From: an uncultured delta proteobacterium
GTDB taxonomy: Bacteria > Desulfobacterota > RBG-13-43-22
Length of the DNA: 64,000 bases
Assembly (NCBI GenBank): GCA_963743305.1
Contig: CAVUPH010000008.1
Coordinates: forward strand, 67,679 to 131,678
Direction of reading: 5' to 3'
Shown here one piece after another: positions 9,588-19,534 of the stretch (its first letter is position 1; each line of letters starts with the position of its first letter). The notes under the pieces are model-generated. The model was not told where the DNA came from, did no database searches, and saw only the letters and a program-made list of their open reading frames with translations. Position numbers and translations under genes: made by a program.

Positions 9588-10547
9588 GGGATTCCTCCAT
9601 TTTCTTTCCCTTCCGTCCGGAAAGGTCCTGAAACTCCGAAAGGTCGTCCAATAGTTGGGAGGTATGGTCATAGAACCATTTAGCGCCGACCGAAAAATGG
9701 AGGAGAATCCGGTTCAGGGATTCGGGTAGGTAAGGATAAACCTTCTTCAAATTGACCACCCGGTTATTGAAGACAATATTCCGGTCCTCCTCCCGCAAAT
9801 GGCTCACTGCGGGGTGATCGGACCTTTTAAGGTCCTGCAACAAAACGTCCCCTTTCCCCACCAAGAAAGCCAGGATATTGCCCAACCCGAAGAGGTCGTA
9901 GCCGTAAATATTTTCCCGGTGGCGGTAGTTGTAGTCAAAATCGATCCAGCGATAGTCTTTCGTGTCCTGGTCGATCAGGATATGATCGCGACGGATGTCC
10001 CCGTGCTTCTCTCCATGCTCATGGAGAAAACGAATCGCCTCGATACATTCCCGATATTGGAGCAGGATATTTGGAAAATGCTCATAGAAATAGGTCTCAT
10101 GATCCAGCGGCAGATTTTGGATATGGGCTGAAACCGGATTGCCCACGATGAAATCCAGGATCCGGACGATATTCCCTTTTTCATCTTTCTCGGAAAAGCC
10201 CTGCATGAAATTTTTCCGCCCCACCACCAAGGCCAGGATGCGGGCCTCTTTCTTGGGGCTTCGAAAGCACTCGAATTGGATGCCTCCGACATTCGAAAAA
10301 AAATTTTCATAAAAACCAGCTTTATGATTTTCTTACTTCCATCCTCCAGGTCGATGGCGTTTTTAACCCAGAATTTGGGCTCATCGTCAAGCCCGAATCG
10401 CATTTCCTTGGCGTTGTGCCGAATAAGGTACGGGTGTTCTCTCAGAATAACCACATCGCCATATTCCACACGGAAGAAATCCGTGGTATCGGTATGGACT
10501 TGAATACGGTGGGGCATCTGCGCCTGAGGCAGCCAACGGGAGGCCAT
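9580..10547 (-). CDS. Ser/Thr protein kinase-like protein (frameshift near 10313; start may lie near 10608)
   Basis: IIKLVF, KEARIL, HGDIRRDHILID, WIDFD, DLFGLG; adding one base to the homopolymer at 10311-10315 joins the frames (LVFYENFFSNVGG). Confidence 0.75.
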
Positions 10548-10759
10548 TTCAAAAAGCCTGTCTTGGGCCGTAGGAGTTACCTAGGGGAGGCCGGGTGTCT
10601 TTACCCATCCTAAAGGGTTAAAGTTTGCGCTAAACTCTTTCCTGCTAAAAAACCGGTTTTACTTTTGAGTCTTTTCCATATTAAAACCATCCCATCCGGA
10701 TTCGTCAACTTTTTTAGAGCTGGCTATAATTCTTCCCCTCTTGGAAACAGCTTTCCACT

Positions 10760-10805
10760 TTGACCTTCCGAAAGATATGAAGTATAAGTATACTACTTAC
10801 TTATA
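10760..10805 (+). promoter_or_regulatory. sigma70 promoter with overlapping palindrome
   Basis: TTGACC-17 nt-TATAAG; TATAAGTA-N7-TACTTATA at 10783-10805. Confidence 0.6.
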
Positions 10806-10840
10806 GTGTTATCTCAAATATTTTATCGTGCAAATCACCT

Positions 10841-11096
10841 ATGGCTGATCGAACCTGTAAACGCTGTTCTATCAATCGGGTCAATACCCTGGTGGCGGCC
10901 TATCATCGGGCTTTCACCCGGAAAGAGGAATCCTTATCGGGAGAAACTCCATAAGGTAGTTCTTTGGGTTAAAACCCAGGGGTTTGAGGCCGGTGAACTT
11001 TTGTCTCCCGGCTTGTCCGACCAGGATTTAAGGGCCCTCTGCTGGAACGTCTCCTCCTTCCTGGAAGATGAAGATATTAAGCGGATATTTGGTTGA
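10841..11096 (+). CDS. small hypothetical protein with N-terminal CxxC (probable frameshift near 10935)
   Basis: ATG 10841 gives MADRTCKRCSINRVNTLVAAYHRAF; the other frame continues YREKLHKVVLW...LCWNVSSFLED to 11096. Confidence 0.45.
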
Positions 11097-11136
11097 TACG
11101 ATTTTTAGGGACTAAAATTTTTTCGGAGAAGAACGA

Positions 11137-12882
11137 TTGGAACGGCAATCCCCTGAGAAGCCGATAAACCCTCCGTTCGCCTTCAGCGGTGAAGCCATAC
11201 TGGTCTTGGACCGCAACCTGAGGGTAATGGGTTTCAATGACCTGGCCCAGCGCCTTTTAAGGCCGGACTTCATGCCCGGAGAAGGGATCCATTTGGATCA
11301 GGTCTTCGAGGGCCCTTACCTGGCCAAGGTGTCAGCCGCTATCGACCAATCCTTGGGTAGGGGGGAAGGTTCCCATGGATTGGAGGCCCGAGCCCTGGAT
11401 ACTCAGGGGATGGTCTTTGATTGTCATTATTCCGTCAATCCCCTGATCGGGATCAATCATCAGGTAATCGGCGTCATCCTGACCATATTGGATGCCGACT
11501 ACGCCCCCTTAACGGTTCAAAACCGCCTGGACCCGTTGGCGGAACTTCCCCGAATGCCCCCCTTGAATTATGAAAGTCTCCTGGAACATTTGGCGGAAGG
11601 GATCTTCACTATCAACACCCGCTGGCGGATCACCTCCTTCAACCAGCCTGCCGAAAAAATCACCGGGTATAAGCGGAATGAAGTCCTGGGGCGGTATTGT
11701 TGGGATATCTTTCGCTCGGACGTCTGTAAGGGAGACTGTCCTTTACGGACGAGCCTGGAAAGCGGGATCACTCGCTTTGACCAGGATGTGCGTATGTTGG
11801 ATAAGAGCGGGGCCAAACTTCCGGTTTTAGTCAACACCAACGTGGTTCGAGACCGAAGCGGAGGGGTTATCGGGGCGGTGGAGACCTTTCGCTTGATTAC
11901 CCATCTGGAAGAATGCGTCAACCTATCCCCGGCGCAATATTCTTTTTCAGCCATTATCGGACGAAGCCAGTCCATGCAGCGGTTTTTCCAGATCCTGCCG
12001 GATGTGGCGGCCAGCGATGCCAATGTCTTGATCCAGGGAGAAAGCGGAACCGGCAAAGAATTGGTGGCTCGGGCTATCCACCACCACTCCCCTTTTCGGG
12101 AAGGGCCGTTCGTGGCCGTAAATTGTTCGGCCCTGGCGGAGTCGCTGCTGGAATCCGAGCTCTTCGGACACGAAAAAGCGGCCTTTACAGGGGCCATTCG
12201 CTCCAAGGTGGGACGCTTTGAACTGGCCCGCAGCGGAACCCTGTTCTTAGATGAGATCGGGGAATTGAAACCCGAACTGCAAGTCAAGCTCCTTCGAGTG
12301 CTGGAGCAACGGGTTTTTGAACGAGTGGGCGGCAACCGACTGATTCCCATGCAGGCCAGGATTATCAGCGCCACCAACCGCGACCTAATCAAGGCCTTAG
12401 GGGATGGAAGTTTCCGGGAAGACCTCTTCTATCGCCTCCGCACGGTCCCCATCACCCTACCGCCGCTCCGGGAAAGACCGGAAGATATTCCCTTACTGGT
12501 GGAGCATTTCCTTTCCCGCCTGAATAAAAAACATAAAAAAACCGTGCGGGGTCTGGATCCCAAATTGATGAGTCATTTTTTGGACTATTCCTGGCCTGGA
12601 AATGTGCGCGAACTGGAGCGGATGCTGGAATACGCCTATATCTTTGTCAAAGGGCCGGTCATTTTCCCCAGCAATCTACCGGCCATGGAGGAATTGATGC
12701 GTGAACGTCTCCCAGAACCAGGACAAGCCGGACACCCCCGGAGGAAAGCTAAAGACCTGGAGAAAGATCTCCTCCGCGAGGCCCTGGAGCGGGCCGGAGG
12801 GCGGCGATTGGAAGCGGCCACGATCCTAGGAATAAGCCGGACTTCTCTCTGGAGAAAAATGAAATTACTGGATATTAATTGA
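11137..12882 (+). CDS. PAS-PAS sigma54-dependent transcriptional activator
   Basis: Two PAS domains, [42 protein letters not shown]. Confidence 0.95.
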   Translation: MERQSPEKPINPPFAFSGEAILVLDRNLRVMGFNDLAQRLLRPDFMPGEGIHLDQVFEGPYLAKVSAAIDQSLGRGEGSHGLEARALDTQGMVFDCHYSVNPLIGINHQVIGVILTILDADYAPLTVQNRLDPLAELPRMPPLNYESLLEHLAEGIFTINTRWRITSFNQPAEKITGYKRNEVLGRYCWDIFRSDVCKGDCPLRTSLESGITRFDQDVRMLDKSGAKLPVLVNTNVVRDRSGGVIGAVETFRLITHLEECVNLSPAQYSFSAIIGRSQSMQRFFQILPDVAASDANVLIQGESGTGKELVARAIHHHSPFREGPFVAVNCSALAESLLESELFGHEKAAFTGAIRSKVGRFELARSGTLFLDEIGELKPELQVKLLRVLEQRVFERVGGNRLIPMQARIISATNRDLIKALGDGSFREDLFYRLRTVPITLPPLRERPEDIPLLVEHFLSRLNKKHKKTVRGLDPKLMSHFLDYSWPGNVRELERMLEYAYIFVKGPVIFPSNLPAMEELMRERLPEPGQAGHPRRKAKDLEKDLLREALERAGGRRLEAATILGISRTSLWRKMKLLDIN

Positions 12883-12919
12883 TGTTTCACATTTGTTTCA
12901 TTTGTTTCATTTTAGTTTC
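12883..12919. repeat. tandem TGTTTCA motifs, probable enhancer (UAS)
   Basis: TGTTTCA at 12883, 12894 and 12903; inverse TGAAACA at 12994; 80-190 bp upstream of a sigma54 promoter. Confidence 0.55.
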
Positions 12920-13076
12920 TTTTGCTATTTAATAATTATAATATTGATTTAATTAATAATTTTATTAAACTGCCTTAGCAGTATATCCCCCATTGAAACA
13001 TTTATACTGGCCGCCTTTACTTAAAAAAATTGCCAAAATATTAATTTATTACATTAAATAAATAAGTTATATTATT

Positions 13077-13092
13077 AGGCATATCTATTGCA
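13077..13092 (+). promoter_or_regulatory. sigma54 -24/-12 promoter of the nuoEFG-like/hdrA-like operon
   Basis: AGGCAT-ATCTA-TTGCA within an AT-rich stretch. Confidence 0.7.
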
Positions 13093-13147
13093 ATCTAAAG
13101 AAGACATGAAACTTGGTTGAAATAATACGAATTGCAGGAGGTCTAGG

Positions 13148-13612
13148 GTGAGTCGAGAACAAATCACAATTGATGATATCTTAGAGCGGTATCCCGGCCG
13201 GCCGGAGTATCTTATTTTTTTACTCCAGGATATCCAAAGCGCTTACAACTACGTGTCTCCGGAGGCCCTCAACCTGGTTTGCGACCACGTGGGGGTTCCG
13301 TTAACCCAAGCCTATGCCGTCGCCACCTTTTATAAGTCTTTCAGTCTGGAGCCCAAAGGGGAGCACGAAATCAAGGTCTGTCTGGGAACGGCCTGCCATC
13401 TGAAAGGCGGCGAGCGGCTGATCGAAGATTGGGAAAGGAAACTGAAGGTCAAGGCGGGAGAAACCACGCCGGACCTTAAATTCACCTTGGATTCCGTCAA
13501 CTGTTTGGGCTGTTGTGCCCTGAGTCCGGTGATGGTGGTGGACGAGGAATACCATGCCAAGGCCAGTGCCAGTACCATCAACAAGATCCTCAAGAAATTT
13601 GCTAACGAATAA
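13148..13612 (+). CDS. NuoE/HydC-like [2Fe-2S] subunit
   Basis: VATFY, VCLGTACH, NCLGCC. Confidence 0.92.
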   Translation: MSREQITIDDILERYPGRPEYLIFLLQDIQSAYNYVSPEALNLVCDHVGVPLTQAYAVATFYKSFSLEPKGEHEIKVCLGTACHLKGGERLIEDWERKLKVKAGETTPDLKFTLDSVNCLGCCALSPVMVVDEEYHAKASASTINKILKKFANE

Positions 13613-13631
13613 CGGAAAGAAGGAAGAGCCT

Positions 13632-15533
13632 ATGGAACAGGAAAATTTATTGACGGTCTTGGCGGCCCAACGTCTTCCGAATGCCGAAAAACTGAAAGAC
13701 CTGCGGGTAACTTTTTTATCGGAAAAAGATCCCCAACAAAGGGAAGTTATTGTCTGTTACGGCACCGGTTGCCTGGCCGCCGGGGCGGCGAAGGTGGAAC
13801 AGGCCTTTAAGAAGGTCTTAGCCAAGGGCGGGCTGAATATAAAAGTGAAGCCTTTGATCAAGGCCACCGGCTGCCGGGGATTTTGCTCTCGGGGGCCCCT
13901 GGTGGTGATCCAGCCGGAAGGGATATTCTACCAAAAGGTAGGCGTTGAAGATGTGGAAGAGGTCATTGAGAAGACCCTGCGGGGAGGGGAAATCATCGAG
14001 CGGTTGACCTACCAGGACCCCCAGAGCGGTGAATTCATCCCGAAGGAAAAAGACATCCCCTTCTATCAACTCCAACATCGTTTGGTCTTGAGCCGCATCG
14101 GTTCCGTCGATCCCACCGATATCCGGGATACGATTGCGGCCGGGGGCTATCAAGCGTTAGCCCGGGCACTGATGTCCATGACCCCGGAGGACGTGCTCAA
14201 CCAAGTTGAAAAATCAGGACTGCGGGGACGGGGCGGGGCCGGCTTTCCCACCGGCCGCAAGTGGCGCAGTGCGCTGCGTGCCAAAGAAAAAAAGAATCAG
14301 CCGATTTATGTGGTTTGCAACGGCGACGAAGGGGACCCCGGGGCCTTTATGGACTGTATGGTCATGGAGGGGGACCCCCATGCCGTATTGGAAGGGATGA
14401 TCTTAGGGGCCTATGCCCTGGGCTCCGGCCAAGGGTATATCTATGTCCGGGCCGAGTACCCTATCGCCATCAAACACTTGAACCTGGCTATGGATCAGGC
14501 CCGCGCCCTGGGGCTCCTGGGAGAAAATATCCTGGGCACGGACTTTTCCTTTGATATCCAGATCAACCGCGGTGCCGGGGCCTTTGTCTGCGGGGAATCC
14601 ACGGCCCTTTTTGCCTCCCTGGAGGGCAAGGCCGGGGAACCGAAACCCAAGTATATCCGTTCCGTCGAGGAAGGTCTCTGGGGCCGTCCCACGGTTTTAA
14701 ATAACGTCGAGTCCTGGGCCAATATCCCGATGATCATTGCCCAGGGGGGGGACTGGTACGCCGGTCTGGGCGTTCCCCACAGTACGGGGACCAAAGTCTT
14801 CTCGCTGGTGGGCAAAGTCAACAACGTGGGACTGGTGGAGGTCCCCATGGGGATCTCCCTTTCGAAAATCGTGGAGGAGATCGGGGGCGGGGTCCCCGGT
14901 GGAGAGCCCTTTAAGGCGGTTCAAACCGGCGGCCCTTCCGGAGGATGCATTCCTTATTCCCTGAAGGACGTGGCGGTGGACTACGATTCCCTGACCAAGG
15001 CGGGGTCTATGATGGGCTCCGGGGGGATGATTGTCATGGACCACCGGGATTGCGTGGTGGATATCGCCCGGTATTTTCTCCGGTTTCTGGAAGAAGAATC
15101 CTGCGGGAAATGCATGCCCTGCAGGCTGGGCCTGACCCGGATGCGGGAGATGCTCGATGCCTTTAGCCGGGGCCAGGGAACGGAGCAGGACCTGGAGGAT
15201 TTGAACAGTCTGGCTCAGGCGATCAAAGACGGCTCTCTCTGCGCCTTGGGGGGAAGCGCTCCCAATCCGGTTTTGACCACCATCCGCTATTTCCGGGACG
15301 AATACTTAGCCCATATTTTAGAAAAGCGCTGCCCGGCCGGGGTTTGCAAGGCCCTCATCACCTATGAGATCGACGGGGATAAATGCACCGGCTGTATGGC
15401 CTGTGCCCGCAATTGCCCGCAGGCCTGTATCTCCGGGGAAAAGAAGAAACCCCATGTCATCGATGCGTCTCGCTGCATCCGTTGCGGGGTTTGTCTGGAA
15501 TCTTGCAAATTTGAAGCCGTAAAGGTTTTTTAG
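13632..15533 (+). CDS. NuoF/HydB-like FMN/NAD(P)H-binding subunit
   Basis: N-terminal thioredoxin-like Fe-S domain, LRGRGGAGFPTG, NGDEGDPGAFMD, GAFVCGES, GGPSGG, ESCGKCMPC, C-terminal 2x[4Fe-4S]. Confidence 0.95.
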   Translation: MEQENLLTVLAAQRLPNAEKLKDLRVTFLSEKDPQQREVIVCYGTGCLAAGAAKVEQAFKKVLAKGGLNIKVKPLIKATGCRGFCSRGPLVVIQPEGIFYQKVGVEDVEEVIEKTLRGGEIIERLTYQDPQSGEFIPKEKDIPFYQLQHRLVLSRIGSVDPTDIRDTIAAGGYQALARALMSMTPEDVLNQVEKSGLRGRGGAGFPTGRKWRSALRAKEKKNQPIYVVCNGDEGDPGAFMDCMVMEGDPHAVLEGMILGAYALGSGQGYIYVRAEYPIAIKHLNLAMDQARALGLLGENILGTDFSFDIQINRGAGAFVCGESTALFASLEGKAGEPKPKYIRSVEEGLWGRPTVLNNVESWANIPMIIAQGGDWYAGLGVPHSTGTKVFSLVGKVNNVGLVEVPMGISLSKIVEEIGGGVPGGEPFKAVQTGGPSGGCIPYSLKDVAVDYDSLTKAGSMMGSGGMIVMDHRDCVVDIARYFLRFLEEESCGKCMPCRLGLTRMREMLDAFSRGQGTEQDLEDLNSLAQAIKDGSLCALGGSAPNPVLTTIRYFRDEYLAHILEKRCPAGVCKALITYEIDGDKCTGCMACARNCPQACISGEKKKPHVIDASRCIRCGVCLESCKFEAVKVF

Positions 15534-15551
15534 TTAAAGGAGGTCCGCGCA

Positions 15552-16169
15552 ATGATACCCTTTAAAATAAATGAACAGGATGTGGAGGCCCAGGAAGGCT
15601 GGACGATTCTGGAGACGGCCAAACAGTACGGCATCCACATTCCGACCCTCTGCTACCACGAGTCCGTCGCCCCCAGCGGGGCCTGTCGCCTGTGTGTAGT
15701 GGAAATTCGGGAAGGCGACTGGTCCAAGATCGTTATTTCCTGCATGTATCCGGTGCAATCCGGGTTAACGGTCTTGACCGATAGTGAACGGGTCCGTAAT
15801 GTCCGCCGCTGGATTCTGGAAATGCTGCTGGCCGAATGCCCGGCCAGCAAGGAACTGCAAAAATTGGCCGCCGAATATGGCGTCACGGAGACCCGCTTTA
15901 CCATCAAAAACCCGAAGGAGGAATGCATGTTGTGCGGTTTGTGCGCTCGAGTCTGCCGGGAGGTAGTCGGGGTCTCGGCCATCACCACTATCGGCCGGGG
16001 GGTCCACAAAAAGATCGGCGCGCCCTACGGGAGACCTTCCGAATCTTGCGTGGCCTGCGGGTCCTGTGTCAGCGTCTGTCCCACTGGAGCGATGCGCACC
16101 CGCATAGACAGTATACGCGGCCTGGGTCAAGCCAAAACCGGCCATTCCCACCAGGCTAAGGAGGTATGA
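15552..16169 (+). CDS. HoxU/NuoG N-terminus-like Fe-S subunit
   Basis: IPTLC...GACRLC...SC, CMLCGLCARVC, CVACGSCVSVCP; no H-cluster or molybdopterin domain. Confidence 0.9.
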   Translation: MIPFKINEQDVEAQEGWTILETAKQYGIHIPTLCYHESVAPSGACRLCVVEIREGDWSKIVISCMYPVQSGLTVLTDSERVRNVRRWILEMLLAECPASKELQKLAAEYGVTETRFTIKNPKEECMLCGLCARVCREVVGVSAITTIGRGVHKKIGAPYGRPSESCVACGSCVSVCPTGAMRTRIDSIRGLGQAKTGHSHQAKEV

Positions 16170-16172
16170 GGT

Positions 16173-18596
16173 ATGGAAAATAGAAAAAAAATCGGCGTTT
16201 TTCTCTGTCAGTGTGACGGCCGGATCGATCCCTGGGTAGACCTATCCTGGCTGAAAAAGGAGTTGGAAGAGGACCCGACCATCGCCCAAATGGAGATTCT
16301 TCCTCTGTCCTGCAGCTTACCGGGTTTAACCCATATCAAAACCCTTATCCAGGAAAATGGCCTGAACCGCATCCTGATCGCCGGTTGTGAGACCCGAATT
16401 CTCTTGAAAAAATTCTACCGGGAATTGGAGGAGGTGGGCATCCTGGAGGGGCAGATCGACATGGTCAACCTGAGAGATCATGTGTCCGCCGTGCATAATC
16501 TCCAGCCCCAGGAGATGGCGGCCAAGGGGGCCAAGCTTATTCGGGCTTCGGTAGCCGGGTTGGCCGCCCTGGAGCCGACGGTTTCCGAAAGAGTGGAATT
16601 CGTCGGGCCGGTGATGCTCTTGGGGGGAGGGATCGCCACTTATTCGGCGGCCCAGGAACTCCTCCGAAAAAATATCGACTGCATCCTGGCGGTCGCGACC
16701 GACGAATATGAAGATGAAATCCGCATGCTCCATGAGCACTATCCCGGCGAACGTCATTATTACGAACGCCTCCGGAAGATCATGGCCGAGGTCGACGAAA
16801 GCCCCCTGGTGCGCAGGATCACGGTGGGAGAACTCCAGAGTGTCCGAGGAAGGACCGGTCATTACACGGTAACCTTTTCCACCCTGGAGGACGGGCCGCC
16901 TAAGGTCCACGAGGTGGGGGCGATCATCGCCTGCCTGGATGGACAGATGTTGAACCAGGGGTCCAACTTCGGCCATGACGGCAAGACGGTGATCTGCCAT
17001 ACCGAAACCGAAGAATTGATCTGGACTCACGGGGTCCCCGGCGGAAAGATCGTTTTCTGGATTAACGATTATGAATCCCGAACGCCCCAGTTTGCCTATC
17101 TTTCTTCTCGCTGCGCCTGGTCCATTGCCCGCTACATGGTGGAGAACCGGAAAGATGTGGAAATTACCTTCATGTACAACAACCAGATGGATATACCCCT
17201 TTCCGCCGAGGAACGTCAAATTGCCCGCAAATATAAGATCAAGTGGATTCCCTATGATGGGGCCCTGCGCCCTACGGTTCAAGCGGGATATATCACCTAT
17301 TGCGATCCTCGGGATCATGTCGAGTATGAAATGGCCTGGGACAAGTTGATCCTTTCCCCCCGTCGCTCGGTTGGCATTGAAGCCACCCGGGTTGCCCGGA
17401 TCCTGGGTCTGGAAGGCGAGGAAGGCAAGTTCCTGGAAGTCAAAGGAGAGAAAGTCCGCCCGGAACAGGTGGGCCGGGATGAGCTCTTCCTGGCCGGCAG
17501 CGCCCGCCTCCCTTGTGATCTCCATGAGGCCCTACGGCAGGGCCGCCGGGCGGCGGTTAAGACCGCGGAACTGGTGGAAAGGGCCCGGGCCGGGACCCTC
17601 TACGCGCCCCGAATGGTCTGTTCGGTGGACCAGGCCCTCTGCACCGGCTGCGGTCTTTGCAAGGAAATCTGCCATTGCGGAGGGATCGAGCCGGTTGAAG
17701 GACTGGGGGGAGGAATTCCCCGTCATGTGGATCCCATGGTTTGTACCGGGGGTGGGACCTGTGCCGCTGCCTGCCCCACTCATGCCCTGATCCTGCAGAA
17801 TAATACCACCCTGCAACGGGAAGCACAGGTGACCGCTCTGGCCAACAGCTTGGTCGAAGGAGAGGTTATGGGCTACGGTTGTGTCTGGGGAGGGCTGGCC
17901 GCCGCAGATCACGCCGGCCTCAAGGGGCTGACCTATGATCCCCGCCTCTACCTGTTACGGGTGGGCTGTATCGGCCAATTGGATCCCGCGGTCATGGCCC
18001 GGGCCTTTATGGAGGGGGCCAATGGCTTAATTTTGATCGGCTGCCCCCCGGACGACTGCCACCATTCCTATGGTCTGGACCATACCTGGAGCCGGGTTAA
18101 TTTGATGAAAAAGCTGTTGGAGTTCTGCGGGCTGGACCGCCGGCGCATCGCCCTTGGTCATGTAGACCTCAATCAGCCGGAGCAGTACGTCATCATGGCC
18201 GAGAGCTTCATTAAATTGATTAATGAACTGGGCCCCATCGAACGGTCCCCGGAGGTGCAGGAAAGGCTGAGGGGTCTCTATGCCACGGTAAACAATTCCC
18301 GGGTTCGCTGGGTTCTGGGAGCCACGCTTCGGCGACCCTGGGAAGAGGTTTATCCGGGCAACCAGCGCAATGCCTTATCCTTTGACAAGGACCTCCTGGG
18401 GATCCTGAAGGAAGAATGGATGAAGGCCCGAATTTCCAATCTGCTCAGGTCCGATAAACGCTATTTTGATCTGAAGGAGCTCAGTCAAAACCTGAAGGCC
18501 AAACAAGAAGATATCATGAGCGGCCTGCAGGAGATGGTCAAAGAAGGGGTGGTCAGCCGGGTACACAAGGAAGGCGTCGCTCACTATAGCCTTTAA
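16173..18596 (+). CDS. divergent HdrA-like protein fused to ferredoxin, MvhD-like and winged-helix domains
   Basis: IGVFLCQC, MVNLRDH, LGGGIA, two ferredoxin-type Cys motifs, MvhD-like CVW...RVGCIG...GCPPDDCH, C-terminal wHTH-like segment. Confidence 0.8.
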   Translation: MENRKKIGVFLCQCDGRIDPWVDLSWLKKELEEDPTIAQMEILPLSCSLPGLTHIKTLIQENGLNRILIAGCETRILLKKFYRELEEVGILEGQIDMVNLRDHVSAVHNLQPQEMAAKGAKLIRASVAGLAALEPTVSERVEFVGPVMLLGGGIATYSAAQELLRKNIDCILAVATDEYEDEIRMLHEHYPGERHYYERLRKIMAEVDESPLVRRITVGELQSVRGRTGHYTVTFSTLEDGPPKVHEVGAIIACLDGQMLNQGSNFGHDGKTVICHTETEELIWTHGVPGGKIVFWINDYESRTPQFAYLSSRCAWSIARYMVENRKDVEITFMYNNQMDIPLSAEERQIARKYKIKWIPYDGALRPTVQAGYITYCDPRDHVEYEMAWDKLILSPRRSVGIEATRVARILGLEGEEGKFLEVKGEKVRPEQVGRDELFLAGSARLPCDLHEALRQGRRAAVKTAELVERARAGTLYAPRMVCSVDQALCTGCGLCKEICHCGGIEPVEGLGGGIPRHVDPMVCTGGGTCAAACPTHALILQNNTTLQREAQVTALANSLVEGEVMGYGCVWGGLAAADHAGLKGLTYDPRLYLLRVGCIGQLDPAVMARAFMEGANGLILIGCPPDDCHHSYGLDHTWSRVNLMKKLLEFCGLDRRRIALGHVDLNQPEQYVIMAESFIKLINELGPIERSPEVQERLRGLYATVNNSRVRWVLGATLRRPWEEVYPGNQRNALSFDKDLLGILKEEWMKARISNLLRSDKRYFDLKELSQNLKAKQEDIMSGLQEMVKEGVVSRVHKEGVAHYSL

Positions 18597-18612
18597 AAAA
18601 CACCCTACGGAT

Positions 18613-18645
18613 GGGGCCCCCCCGAAAAATCGGGGGGGGGGCCCC
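18613..18645. terminator. GC-rich hairpin between convergent genes
   Basis: GGGGCCCCCCCGA-AAAA-TCGGGG...GCCCC. Confidence 0.65.
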
Positions 18646-18657
18646 TCGTTTCATCCC

Positions 18658-19509
18658 TTAACCGGCCCAGTCGACGGCGGCGCGCATCTTTTTGTCGATA
18701 ACCAGGATCACGTGTTGTTCTTTTCGGTAGGCGGAAAGATAGGCCCGAACCGAAATGCTCATCGTGACCAATCCGGTCAGAATCAGAAGCCCATCCATCA
18801 CGGTCCAGAGCCCCATTCCAAAATAGCGTATTAAGGCCAACCCCAGGGCGATCAGGGCTAAACCGGTGCGCATAAAGGCCAGAAGCGTTCTTTCTTTGGC
18901 CAAGATGGTCCGATGGGAGGACAGATAGGTACGGAGGTCGGCCAGGGTATTTCTTCCGAAGGCCAGTTCAGTCCTGCGGTTGGACAAATGAGTGCGTTGT
19001 TCCGCCAGATTGGTTCGTTGCTCTGCCAGACCGGTTCGATTATCCGCCAGGTCGGTCCTCCTGGCAGCCAGATCCGTACGCCGGTTGGCCAAGCCGGTCC
19101 GCTCTTGGGCGAGTTCGGTGCTTTTGAATGACAGCCGGGTCTGCTCGCGCATCAGCCCGGTACGGGTATCGGCCATATCCGTACGTTTTTCTGCCGACTG
19201 GGTACGCAGATCGGAATTCCGGACCAATTGTTTGTTCAACTCGGTGCGCTCTCGGGCCAGTTCGGTTCGGGCCCCCGAGTCTTCCACTAAATGGGTGGTG
19301 AGGGTGTTGCGCTTTCGGGCTAGCGTGGTCCTTTCTTCTTCGAGTTTGTTACCCTTTTCGGCCAACTGCAGAAGTCCATCCAGGACCTCCTTCTCTTCAT
19401 CGGCAAACCGCAGGAGGCCGTCCAGGACCTCCTTCTCTTCTCCTAAAATCGCCAGGATCTGTTTTAAGAAGACCGGCCTTTTCCCCTCAATTCCGGGTTC
19501 AATGTCCAT
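18658..19509 (-). CDS. DUF202 (YidH-like) membrane protein with expanded RTxLAxx heptad repeats
   Basis: LAKERTLLAFMRTGLALIALG plus 2 TM helices, preceded by ~20 heptads. Confidence 0.8.
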   Translation of the reverse strand: MDIEPGIEGKRPVFLKQILAILGEEKEVLDGLLRFADEEKEVLDGLLQLAEKGNKLEEERTTLARKRNTLTTHLVEDSGARTELARERTELNKQLVRNSDLRTQSAEKRTDMADTRTGLMREQTRLSFKSTELAQERTGLANRRTDLAARRTDLADNRTGLAEQRTNLAEQRTHLSNRRTELAFGRNTLADLRTYLSSHRTILAKERTLLAFMRTGLALIALGLALIRYFGMGLWTVMDGLLILTGLVTMSISVRAYLSAYRKEQHVILVIDKKMRAAVDWAG

Positions 19510-19534
19510 CGGATTATCCTCTCTAGGCTATTGG

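Noticed and set aside
12883-12919. CRISPR or VNTR
   Set aside because: Only 7-bp motifs without spacers; better explained as enhancer half-sites.
13148-16169. Respiratory complex I or [FeFe]-hydrogenase
   Set aside because: No membrane Nuo subunits and no H-cluster domain; the G-like subunit is only 205 aa.
16326-17525. Long antisense ORFs (also 11568-12392, 41656-42630, 42664-43557, 62035-62814)
   Set aside because: Shadow frames of well-supported genes in GC-rich DNA, with no motifs of their own.
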